A stretch of 64,000 nt of DNA from Candidatus Omnitrophota bacterium (GTDB lineage: Bacteria > Omnitrophota > Gorgyraeia > Pluralincolimonadales > Pluralincolimonadaceae): positions 78,558 to 142,557 of the forward strand of contig PLNR01000006.1 of assembly GCA_003141835.1 (NCBI GenBank), in the 5' to 3' direction. The position numbers and the translations under genes were made by a program. Shown piece after piece: positions 9,213-16,751 of the stretch. The first letter of the stretch is position 1, and the number at the start of each line of letters is the position of its first letter. A model generated the notes under the pieces. The model was given only the letters and a program-made list of their open reading frames with translations. It ran no database searches and was not told the origin of the DNA.

Positions 9213-9929
9213 TCAGCGTATCTTCAGGGATTCGGCTTTCTTTATATCTTCCGGAAAATCTACCTCGGTCCACTTCAACCCGGTTATCTCCTCGATCCCG
9301 GCCGGGACGTGCCTGATAAAATTATCGAGCGCTTCTTCGTAATCGGCCCCCCGGTCCAGGGCAATAGTCTCTTCGACGGCTTTAAGGAATTCCCTCCTGT
9401 GAGCGGCCGATGTCTTGAAAAAACCGACACCCTCGCCCACCTCATCGTGTTTGCGCGTTATCCGCCGCGCTATCTGGGTAACCCTCCAGCCGAGGACCGC
9501 GACCTTCATCTCCTCCCCGCTCTCGCTGAAATGCCTGTCTATAAGAAAACAATTTTCATTTTTGGAGCCGATAAGCCTTCCGATCAGGCGCGATTCAAAA
9601 ACGACGTCGGCGTCCATCAACAAAAGGTCATCCGCTGTTGAAAACTCCCTCCGCGCGACCCACAGGGAGACGATACTGCCGAGTTTATATTCCCTGTTTT
9701 CGATATATCTTATCTTCGCGCCGTTATGCTCTTCTCCGACCGCCTCCGCAATCATCTCCTTAAGATAGCCGGTGACCAAGCATATATCCCTGACGCCGGC
9801 GGCCGCGAGGGAATCGAGCATGCGTTCCAGGATGGTCCTTCCACCGATACGGATAAGGGATTTCGGGGTCTTGTCAATAATGGGTTTTAGGCGGTTGCCG
9901 ATCCCGGCCGCAAGTATTATCGCTTTCAC
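9213..9929 (-). CDS. Nucleotidyltransferase (LicC/phosphocholine- or aminoethylphosphonate-cytidylyltransferase-like)
   Basis: 238 aa. N-terminal MKAIILAAGIGNRLKP...PKSLIRIGG is the sugar/phospho-alcohol nucleotidyltransferase fold signature. Confidence 0.75.
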   Translation of the reverse strand: MKAIILAAGIGNRLKPIIDKTPKSLIRIGGRTILERMLDSLAAAGVRDICLVTGYLKEMIAEAVGEEHNGAKIRYIENREYKLGSIVSLWVARREFSTADDLLLMDADVVFESRLIGRLIGSKNENCFLIDRHFSESGEEMKVAVLGWRVTQIARRITRKHDEVGEGVGFFKTSAAHRREFLKAVEETIALDRGADYEEALDNFIRHVPAGIEEITGLKWTEVDFPEDIKKAESLKIR

Positions 9930-11041
9930 CCCGCCGCCCTCTTTCCTTTATGCGGGCCAGGTTTCCTTAGCACGGACTTTAACGACGCCAAAAACCTGCG
10001 CGCATCACCGGCGGTTATCTGCCCCATATTCGCTATCCTGAAAATGACCTTCTTGAGTTTTGACTGGCCCGCGTAGATGATAAAACCTTCCGCTTTCAGC
10101 GCATCATGCAACCTGGTGTAAGTCATCCCTTTAGGGAGGCGCAGCGCGGTTATCGTATTCGAAAGGTATTTTGGCGCGATGAGGTATTCAAAACCGGCGG
10201 CCTCGAAACCTTTCCTTAGAAAGACCGCCAGGTTTTTATAACGTTTAACGCGGTTATTCACCCCTTCTTTCAAAAGCTCGTCGAGCGCGACATCCAGGGC
10301 GTAAAACGCCTGGACCGCCGGCGTAAAGAGCGGCTCGCCTTTCTTCTGCCCCTCGAGATTCGAGGGGATATCGAAATACAACGAACGCGGGGCGATCTTT
10401 TTCAGCCCTGGCAGGGCGGTCTTTTTTACCAGCACAAACGATATCCCGGGGATGCCCTCTATGCACTTGTTGGCGGTCCCGACGCAAAGCCCGACGCCCG
10501 CCTTACCGGGATCCAGTTCTTCGCCGCCCAACGCGCTTATGGAATCCAGGAGATAGAGTTTTTTGTATTTCCTGCACAGCTTGCCTATGCCGTATACGGG
10601 GTTCAAGATCCCGGTCGACGTCTCGTGATGCACCATCGCTATAACGGAGATATCTTTATTTTTCCTTATCTTTTCTTCAGCGGCATCTATATCCGGCGTC
10701 TTTTTCACGTCGGAGGCAAGGTTTATAAGGCCTATGCCGTGCCTTCTCGCTATCTCGGCTATCCTTCCGGCGTAAATACCGTTATTAACCACCAACATCT
10801 TTTTGCCCCGCGGGACAGACGAGACGACCGCGGCCTCCAATGCCGCCGTACCTGAACCGGTAAAGAATACAGCCTCGTAAGCTCCGGCTATGCCGAACGC
10901 CCGGAGCAGTTTTTTCGCGCAGCCTGTCATGAGCCTGCCGAACTCCGGTTCCCGGTGGCACATATCCGGCGCGAGAAGCGACCTCCTCACCTTTTCCTTG
11001 ATATTCACCGGCCCGGGATTCAACAGTACGTATCTTTTCAT
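9926..11041 (-). CDS. Class V aminotransferase, 2-aminoethylphosphonate:pyruvate (PhnW)/serine-pyruvate type
   Basis: 371 aa. N-terminus YVLLNPGPVNI...HREPEF matches the LLTPGPxx...HRxxxF pattern of the PhnW/AGXT family. The PLP Lys region is TANKCIEGIPG. Confidence 0.7.
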   Translation of the reverse strand: MKRYVLLNPGPVNIKEKVRRSLLAPDMCHREPEFGRLMTGCAKKLLRAFGIAGAYEAVFFTGSGTAALEAAVVSSVPRGKKMLVVNNGIYAGRIAEIARRHGIGLINLASDVKKTPDIDAAEEKIRKNKDISVIAMVHHETSTGILNPVYGIGKLCRKYKKLYLLDSISALGGEELDPGKAGVGLCVGTANKCIEGIPGISFVLVKKTALPGLKKIAPRSLYFDIPSNLEGQKKGEPLFTPAVQAFYALDVALDELLKEGVNNRVKRYKNLAVFLRKGFEAAGFEYLIAPKYLSNTITALRLPKGMTYTRLHDALKAEGFIIYAGQSKLKKVIFRIANMGQITAGDARRFLASLKSVLRKPGPHKGKRAAG

Positions 11042-11589
11042 GCGTTTTTGAACCTTTTCGCTATCTCAGGAGGGGCGATGCCGACCCTCGGCACTTTTTC
11101 CGAAGGATCGCGCCCCACTTTTACCAGGATAAAACTCGGCCCCTCTTTTTTCAGGCAATCCTTGAATGCTTCGGCAAAATCCTGCCCGAGGTCTTTCTTT
11201 ATGACGTTTTTTATCCCGCATCCTTCGGCTGCCCGCGCCAGGTCCACCCGGGGGGAGATGGTCGGCTGGCCGCCCGTCGAATCATAGCATTCGTTATCGA
11301 GCACTACGTGGATATAGTTTTTTGGTGAGATATTCGATATCATCGAAAGCACGCCGAAGTTCATGAGCAGGTTACCGTCCCCGTCCAGGACGACGACCTT
11401 CTTTCCCGGCCGGGCCATCGCGAACCCCAGGCCGATCGATGACGCCTGGCCCATAGATCCGAGCATATAGAAATTCCGCGGCCGGTCTTTCGCGTTGAAG
11501 GCATCGCGGGAGATGAACCCGTTGGCGCAGACGACATATTCGTCGCCTATAAGGGAGATTATCTTCGTTATCGCCTCGCGCATGATCAT
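11038..11589 (-). CDS. Phosphonopyruvate/sulfopyruvate decarboxylase beta subunit (ComE-like, TPP-binding C-terminal domain)
   Basis: The TPP motif GDGNLLMNFGVLSMISN...N is present. The track start at 11619 (MHLHQ...) is an N-terminal extension that overlaps the alpha gene. The ATG at 11589 (MIMREAIT) forms an ATGA overlap with the alpha stop. Confidence 0.75.
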   Translation of the reverse strand: MIMREAITKIISLIGDEYVVCANGFISRDAFNAKDRPRNFYMLGSMGQASSIGLGFAMARPGKKVVVLDGDGNLLMNFGVLSMISNISPKNYIHVVLDNECYDSTGGQPTISPRVDLARAAEGCGIKNVIKKDLGQDFAEAFKDCLKKEGPSFILVKVGRDPSEKVPRVGIAPPEIAKRFKNA

Positions 11590-12059
11590 TCCAGCGTGTC
11601 CTCTTTGATGAAGATGCAATATGGCTTGCCTTTCGCGATCTCTTTATCGGCCTCGGCCAGGGCCGCGGCGAGATCCTCCCTGCCGCATACGCTGTTGCGG
11701 ATACCGAATGTCTCCATAAGCTCGACGCAATGCCTGCCCATGATTATGTGCTCCGGGGCGTCCTTCCCGCCGTATCCGCGGAAACTGACAAGCATAAGGA
11801 CCGGGATGTCATAGATCATGTTGAGGCTGGTGAGGACATTCAGTGAATAGCCCAGGCCGGAATTCTGCATCAGGACGCAGGGCTTTCTTCCGCCGAGATA
11901 CGCGCCGGCCGCCATGCCCAGCGCAGTGTCCTCCCTGACCGCCGGGATATATTCCCCGGCGAGGGCGGTTATTATGCCTCCCAGGAGGGAACAGGGCACA
12001 CCGGTAAAAAAATCGAACCCCAGGCCTTTAAGTCTCGTCTTTAGCGTTGTCGCATCCAT
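11586..12059 (-). CDS. Phosphonopyruvate/sulfopyruvate decarboxylase alpha subunit (ComD-like, TPP pyrimidine-binding domain)
   Basis: 157 aa. FFTGVPCSLLGGI...ALGMAAGAYLGGRKPCVLMQNSGLG is the N-terminal domain of the Ppd/ComD family. Confidence 0.75.
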   Translation of the reverse strand: MDATTLKTRLKGLGFDFFTGVPCSLLGGIITALAGEYIPAVREDTALGMAAGAYLGGRKPCVLMQNSGLGYSLNVLTSLNMIYDIPVLMLVSFRGYGGKDAPEHIIMGRHCVELMETFGIRNSVCGREDLAAALAEADKEIAKGKPYCIFIKEDTLE

Positions 12060-12070
12060 ACCGCTTCCTA

Positions 12071-12931
12071 TCAGACCGCCCTGGCGAACTTCCTGTATAT
12101 TATATTGGATATCTCGTCTTCGAGGTCATGCAGGAATTTCAGTTCGGCGTCGGCCCTCTGGTATTCGTTCACATCCATATACCTGAGAAAATCCCTCAGG
12201 CCCATGTCAACGATCTCGTAGGGGATAGCCGGCTGGCCCATCTCGCCCAGCCTTATTATTATTGCCTTCATGAGAGCCTCCGGCTTCAGCTCGACGTCCC
12301 AGACCTTGCTCTTTGCCACTTCTTTACGGAACGGGATTATATTCTCCGGCTTATAGAAATCCCCCCTGAACTTCATGTAATCTATTTTCGACCAAAAATC
12401 CCACTGGGCCGAACAGAGCGAACAATTGGGGAGGAATATCTGGACGGGGTTGTTATAGGTATCGAAATAGGTGTGCGAGAGCAGGCTCACCGCGGCCGAG
12501 AGCTTGTCCGTGGATATCTTGGTCACTCTCCCGTCGCCGACCACATCCCTGGCGTCGTCGAGCAGCTTAAGGAATCCGGGCGCCTCTTCGCTTATGCGCG
12601 TGAAAGCGTATATCTTCTTTTCGAGCTTCTGCCTTTTTGCGGCGTCGGCCGGCGGCGTGCCGTCAAATTCTTTCCGCAGCTGCGCCGCCTTCCCGTCCAC
12701 GAACCTGCCCAGGGCCGCAAAATCTTTCTTCTCCGCCTCCGGCCTCGCGAAAAGCTCGAGCGTGACGTCGAGGAAATCAGGCTGGTTCTCGAGTATATGG
12801 GCGTAGACCCTGTGGAAATGCGCGGGTTTCTGGTCGATAACGGGTATCACGGAATATATCGCGGCGCCAAGGTCAAGCTTACTGGAATCCAAAAGCCTCG
12901 CCGCCAAAACCATATGAGTCCCCCAGTCCAT
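12071..12931 (-). CDS. Hypothetical protein, possible Zn-dependent phospholipase C / S1-P1 nuclease-fold protein
   Basis: 286 aa with no signal peptide. N-terminus MDWGTHMVLAARLL resembles the W-x-x-H zinc-ligand start of the Zn-PLC/P1 family. Several conserved His/Asp follow (AHFHRVYAH, SHTYFD). A strong AAGGAG Shine-Dalgarno lies 5 nt upstream. Confidence 0.4.
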   Translation of the reverse strand: MDWGTHMVLAARLLDSSKLDLGAAIYSVIPVIDQKPAHFHRVYAHILENQPDFLDVTLELFARPEAEKKDFAALGRFVDGKAAQLRKEFDGTPPADAAKRQKLEKKIYAFTRISEEAPGFLKLLDDARDVVGDGRVTKISTDKLSAAVSLLSHTYFDTYNNPVQIFLPNCSLCSAQWDFWSKIDYMKFRGDFYKPENIIPFRKEVAKSKVWDVELKPEALMKAIIIRLGEMGQPAIPYEIVDMGLRDFLRYMDVNEYQRADAELKFLHDLEDEISNIIYRKFARAV

Positions 12932-12944
12932 GTTTCTCCTTTAT

Positions 12945-13016
12945 GGGGACGTCCCATTGGGGGACGCTCCATTTATCTATTTTCATCTAATGGGGTGTCC
13001 CCCAATGGGACGTCCC
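12945..13016 (-). repeat. Inverted-repeat element, copy 1 (two 26-nt arms made of GGGGACGTCCC-like palindromic units around a 21-nt A/T-rich core)
   Basis: Arm A (12945-12970) is ggggacgtcccattgggggacgctcc. Arm B (12992-13017) is ggggtgtcccccaatgggacgtcccc, the near-exact reverse complement of arm A. The element fills the gap between the hpnH stop (13017) and the Shine-Dalgarno/ATG of the 12071..12931 gene. Confidence 0.8.
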
Positions 13017-14015
13017 CTAGGTGAACTGCCAGCCGATCAAAGTCATTATATCCCTGAATGATTTCCCTTCGAGCACGCTGGCCGGCTCGAAGCCGCAATG
13101 GACCGCGCATTCCGCGCAGCGCGGGTTCTTGCTTTTGGGCCCGTACTTCTTCCATTCGGTCTTTTCGATAAGTTCCTTGTAAGTGGCGAAATGCTTGTCC
13201 GCAAGCTGGTAACAGGGCGAACGCCATCCTATGGGGTTGCGCGTCGGCGTCGACCAGGGCGCGCAATCCAGGTCGCGCTTGCCCTGCACAAATTCAAAAT
13301 ATAGCGGCGAGCCGAGAAAATTGTATTTTTTGAACTCCGGCTCAAGTTTCCGGAAGAAATCCGCGAGTTCTTTCTTGCGGAAGAAGAACTCCTCGCCTAC
13401 CTGCGGGTACCCGTAGGCCGGCGATATCAGGAAACCGTCCACCCCGGCGCCCTGGAGGGTCTTGAACAATTGCTTAAGCTCGTTTATATCCGTCTGCCTG
13501 TAGATGGTCGTATTGGTGCAGACGAAGAAACCCTTCTTCTTCGCCGCCTTTATCGCCTCGATCACCCTGGCGTATGTCCCCTTAAGCCCGGTTATCGCGT
13601 CATGCGTCTTCTCCAGCCCGTCGATATGGAAATTTACCATGAGGTTTCCGCTCGGCTTCAGCTTGTCGATCTTGTCCTTGAAAAGCAGGCCGTTGGTGCA
13701 GAGGTATATATATTTTCCCTTCCTGGCGAGTTTCTCTATCAGCTCGGAGATATACGGGTAGACGAGCGGCTCTCCGCCGCAGATCGACACTATCGGCGCC
13801 CCGCACTCATCCGCCGCCTTGAGGCATTCGGCGACGGTCATCATCTTGTGCAGGTCGCGCTTATATTCCCTTATGCGCCCGCAGCCTTCGCACGATAAGT
13901 TGCACATTAACGACGGCTCCAGCATCAAGACAAGCGAGAACCGTTTATTGTTCCTGAGCTTGTTCGCGATTATGTGTTTCGTCATTCTGGCCGTTAAGCC
14001 GGGCTTGAACCTCAT
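13017..14015 (-). CDS. hpnH: Radical SAM adenosyl-hopene transferase HpnH
   Basis: 332 aa. Radical-SAM Cys triad CNLSCEGCGR, plus C-terminal cysteines (CAPW...CYQ...CAECAVHCG) typical of HpnH. Lies immediately downstream of shc. Confidence 0.85.
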   Translation of the reverse strand: MRFKPGLTARMTKHIIANKLRNNKRFSLVLMLEPSLMCNLSCEGCGRIREYKRDLHKMMTVAECLKAADECGAPIVSICGGEPLVYPYISELIEKLARKGKYIYLCTNGLLFKDKIDKLKPSGNLMVNFHIDGLEKTHDAITGLKGTYARVIEAIKAAKKKGFFVCTNTTIYRQTDINELKQLFKTLQGAGVDGFLISPAYGYPQVGEEFFFRKKELADFFRKLEPEFKKYNFLGSPLYFEFVQGKRDLDCAPWSTPTRNPIGWRSPCYQLADKHFATYKELIEKTEWKKYGPKSKNPRCAECAVHCGFEPASVLEGKSFRDIMTLIGWQFT

Positions 14016-14018
14016 TTT

Positions 14019-15920
14019 TCAGACCTTTGTCTTTCCGCGGTTGGCCGCATATTCCGAGAGGGCAATAAGAGGAAAATAAACGGAATAAAGTTCGTAACGC
14101 AGGTAGCATACCCTCGGAAAACCCGTCCCGGTAAAACTATCCTCTTTCCAGTTGCCGTTCGCCTCCTGGCTCCCTATGAGATAATCTATTCCGCGCGCGG
14201 CTGCGCCGCTCTCGTGGTCGCCTGCGGCGAAGAGTATGAAAAGCGCCCAGGCCGTCTGCGAAGCGGTCGATGGGCCTTTGCCTTTCTTGAACGGGTCCTC
14301 GTAAGTCGCCGCCGATTCCCCCCACCCCCCATCGTCATTCTGGACGCCGTATATCCATTTCGCCGCGGCTTCGAGCTCGCCCTTCGACGATCCCCCGGAC
14401 GAGAAAGAAAGGCCGCGCGCGGCAAGGAACGTGCCGTATATATAATTCACTCCCCACCTGCCGTACCACGTGCCGTCGGCTATCCTGTCTTTTTTCAAAA
14501 ATCTTATCGCGTCCTTTAGCGGGGATTTTTTAGCGTCGAAGCCGAGCCGGCCCAAAAGCTCGCACGTCCTTCCGGTTACATCCGCGCACGTTGGGTCGAG
14601 CATCGCATTATGGTCCGAAAAAGGCACCTTGTTCAGGAAACGCTTGTTGTTATCCCTGTCGTAAGAGCTGAACCCGCCGTCGCTGGACTGCATCTTCAGC
14701 ATCCAGTCAAGGCCGCGGTCGAATCCGGCTTTCTTCTGCGGCTCTTCCGTCCCCATATCTATCTGCGTCAACCCGAGCAATACCTGCGCGGTATCGTCTA
14801 TATCCGGGTAAAATTCGTTCCTGAACTGGAAATACCATCCTCCGGGCGAAGCGTCCCCGGCCTTTACCTTCCAATCGCCGGTCTCGTTCACCTGCTTCGA
14901 GAGGAGCCAGCGCCCGGCCTTCCTCATCGCATCGTGGCCCTTCGGGAAACCCGATATCCCGAGGGCGTATGCGCAGAGCGCCGTATCCCAGACCGGCGAT
15001 ACGCAGGGCTGCATCTCCGCCTCATTGCCGTTATCTATAGTTAATTTCAGAACTTCTTCGAGATTCGATTTCAAGAGCGGATGGTCGTTCTTATAGCCCA
15101 GGCAGCTCAATGCCATTACGGAATTTATCATTGCCGGATAGATGGCGCACAAGCCGTCGCTCTTGTCGAACCTTTTTATCATCCATTGCCCGGCTTTCTT
15201 CACTGCCGCGCCCTTAAAGAACGCTAATCTCAATTTATATAAGGTCTTTATCGTGCCATCCAGGAAGAGGAAAAGGTTCTTCCAACTTACCACCCGCATG
15301 TCCCATCGTATGCCGCAATCTTTCGTCCTGTGTCCGGCCGTGTAAAGCTCATCGACGCTGAAATTTTTCGCGAGGGGCCGCACCGGCCTGGAAGCCCAGA
15401 TCACCGAAAGCGGCACGACGATCGTCCTCGTCCAGGCGCTGAAATCGTAAATATTCACCGGGGACCACTCCGGGAGCAGGATAAGCTCCGGCGGTATAGC
15501 CGGCGCTGCGTCCCAGTTCCCGAGGCCGAACATGGCCAGGTAGAACCTGTTATAGCTGTTGGACTTTTCGATTCCGCCGAGGCTTAATATTATCCGGCGG
15601 TCCCGCGCCATCAGCTGGTTCCCTTCTTCGAAGCCTTTAAGCTTCAGCGCCATATAGTTCTTTATGGTGGCGTTGAGTTCCGGCGGGCCGCCCGGATAGA
15701 CCGGCCATCCCCCGTCCTCAAGGCGCCCGGCCAAAATAAAATTCACAAGTTTACCTTCCAGCTCCTCGTCCCTTATGCCAAGGAACCGCAGAAGGAAGAT
15801 AGTATCCGCCTCCAGGCCCAGGTCCATATGGAAATTCGAATGGAAATGGCCGTCGGCATCCTGTTTGCCCAGGATATACTCCTGGGCGCTGTTTATCGCG
15901 TTCGAGAGTCTCTCGTTCAT
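14019..15920 (-). CDS. shc: Squalene-hopene cyclase
   Basis: 633 aa. Catalytic DIDDTA motif (DxDDTA) and multiple QW repeats (GGWxxxxxG...). The C-terminal GGWGE segment is present. Confidence 0.93.
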   Translation of the reverse strand: MNERLSNAINSAQEYILGKQDADGHFHSNFHMDLGLEADTIFLLRFLGIRDEELEGKLVNFILAGRLEDGGWPVYPGGPPELNATIKNYMALKLKGFEEGNQLMARDRRIILSLGGIEKSNSYNRFYLAMFGLGNWDAAPAIPPELILLPEWSPVNIYDFSAWTRTIVVPLSVIWASRPVRPLAKNFSVDELYTAGHRTKDCGIRWDMRVVSWKNLFLFLDGTIKTLYKLRLAFFKGAAVKKAGQWMIKRFDKSDGLCAIYPAMINSVMALSCLGYKNDHPLLKSNLEEVLKLTIDNGNEAEMQPCVSPVWDTALCAYALGISGFPKGHDAMRKAGRWLLSKQVNETGDWKVKAGDASPGGWYFQFRNEFYPDIDDTAQVLLGLTQIDMGTEEPQKKAGFDRGLDWMLKMQSSDGGFSSYDRDNNKRFLNKVPFSDHNAMLDPTCADVTGRTCELLGRLGFDAKKSPLKDAIRFLKKDRIADGTWYGRWGVNYIYGTFLAARGLSFSSGGSSKGELEAAAKWIYGVQNDDGGWGESAATYEDPFKKGKGPSTASQTAWALFILFAAGDHESGAAARGIDYLIGSQEANGNWKEDSFTGTGFPRVCYLRYELYSVYFPLIALSEYAANRGKTKV

Positions 15921-16705
15921 ATGTTAAGGCAGTATTTGACTATTTTTTCAAGCTCTTTTATGTCTACGGAAGTGTTTTTGCAAGGCCCTTCAGGGCGCTT
16001 GTTCGGGATGCCGAAGACCGGCATCTTCGGGGCGGTGTCCTGTATGCCTGAGATAAGGTCCCTCTCGCACGCGACGCCTATCACCGCGTCGGGATTGTTG
16101 TCTTTAACGGCTTTCCTGGCTTCATCGCCTCCAAAAGCCGTGTAAGCCACAAACTGGTATTTTTCGCCTAGTTCTTTTACCTTGGCCCTTACCTCGGCCG
16201 AGAGACAGCGCGGCAGGAGGACGAGTATCTTCTTTGAGCTCTTTCCCGTCCGCGTAGCGTACATAAGGTCGTTATGGAATTTGACGAAGGAATTGCCTAT
16301 CCTGTCTCTCGCTATGCCGGATATCCCGGCCAACCTCACCGCTCCGGAGAGTAAGACGCGCAACGAGATCCGCCTGACAAAATAAGACGGCGCAAGCTTG
16401 ACTTTCAAGAGCGCAGATAAGACCTGCGATAGGTACCAGGCAGCGAGTAAAGAAGCGGAAATACAGAATGCCGCACCGGCCATGCCGGTAAACCCGGGCC
16501 CAAAGCTTTCAAAACGCGGCAACGCGAGGTACCAAAACAACCAAACTCCAAGCAAGACAAGGATTAATACCAAAAAAGAAAAGAAGATGAATAGCGATTT
16601 CGGTGCGTCGCTCGAGCTTCCGCCCTTGGAGCCGGGCTGCCAATCGGCCCACTCGTCCCCCAATAACCTGTCTTCCAGCCTCTTACCCTGCCCTGTCTCT
16701 TTCAT
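15917..16705 (-). CDS. DUF116-family membrane protein
   Basis: 262 aa. Two N-terminal TM helices, then the conserved KKILVLLPRCL motif (DUF116 LLPHCL-like). Stop overlaps the shc start (ATGA). Confidence 0.55.
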   Translation of the reverse strand: MKETGQGKRLEDRLLGDEWADWQPGSKGGSSSDAPKSLFIFFSFLVLILVLLGVWLFWYLALPRFESFGPGFTGMAGAAFCISASLLAAWYLSQVLSALLKVKLAPSYFVRRISLRVLLSGAVRLAGISGIARDRIGNSFVKFHNDLMYATRTGKSSKKILVLLPRCLSAEVRAKVKELGEKYQFVAYTAFGGDEARKAVKDNNPDAVIGVACERDLISGIQDTAPKMPVFGIPNKRPEGPCKNTSVDIKELEKIVKYCLNI

Positions 16706-16751
16706 AAGTGGATAATTATATCACGAATAGGGGGTTGGCGCAATAATGCTA

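Noticed and set aside
11038-12059. Split decarboxylase as a frameshifted pseudogene
   Set aside because: The two ORFs meet at a clean ATGA start/stop overlap. They also correspond to the natural two-subunit (ComD/ComE-like) organisation of this TPP enzyme family.
12945-13016. IR element as a rho-independent terminator for hpnH
   Set aside because: No U-tract follows the stem on the transcribed strand. The next gene's Shine-Dalgarno starts 1 nt after the stem, and a homologous copy is used as a 5' leader at 23.7 kb.
12945-13016. IR element as a MITE or IS remnant
   Set aside because: No target-site duplication flanks either copy and no transposase is nearby. The arms are composed of internal palindromic units, which is more typical of protein-binding sites or structured RNA. 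Not fully excluded.
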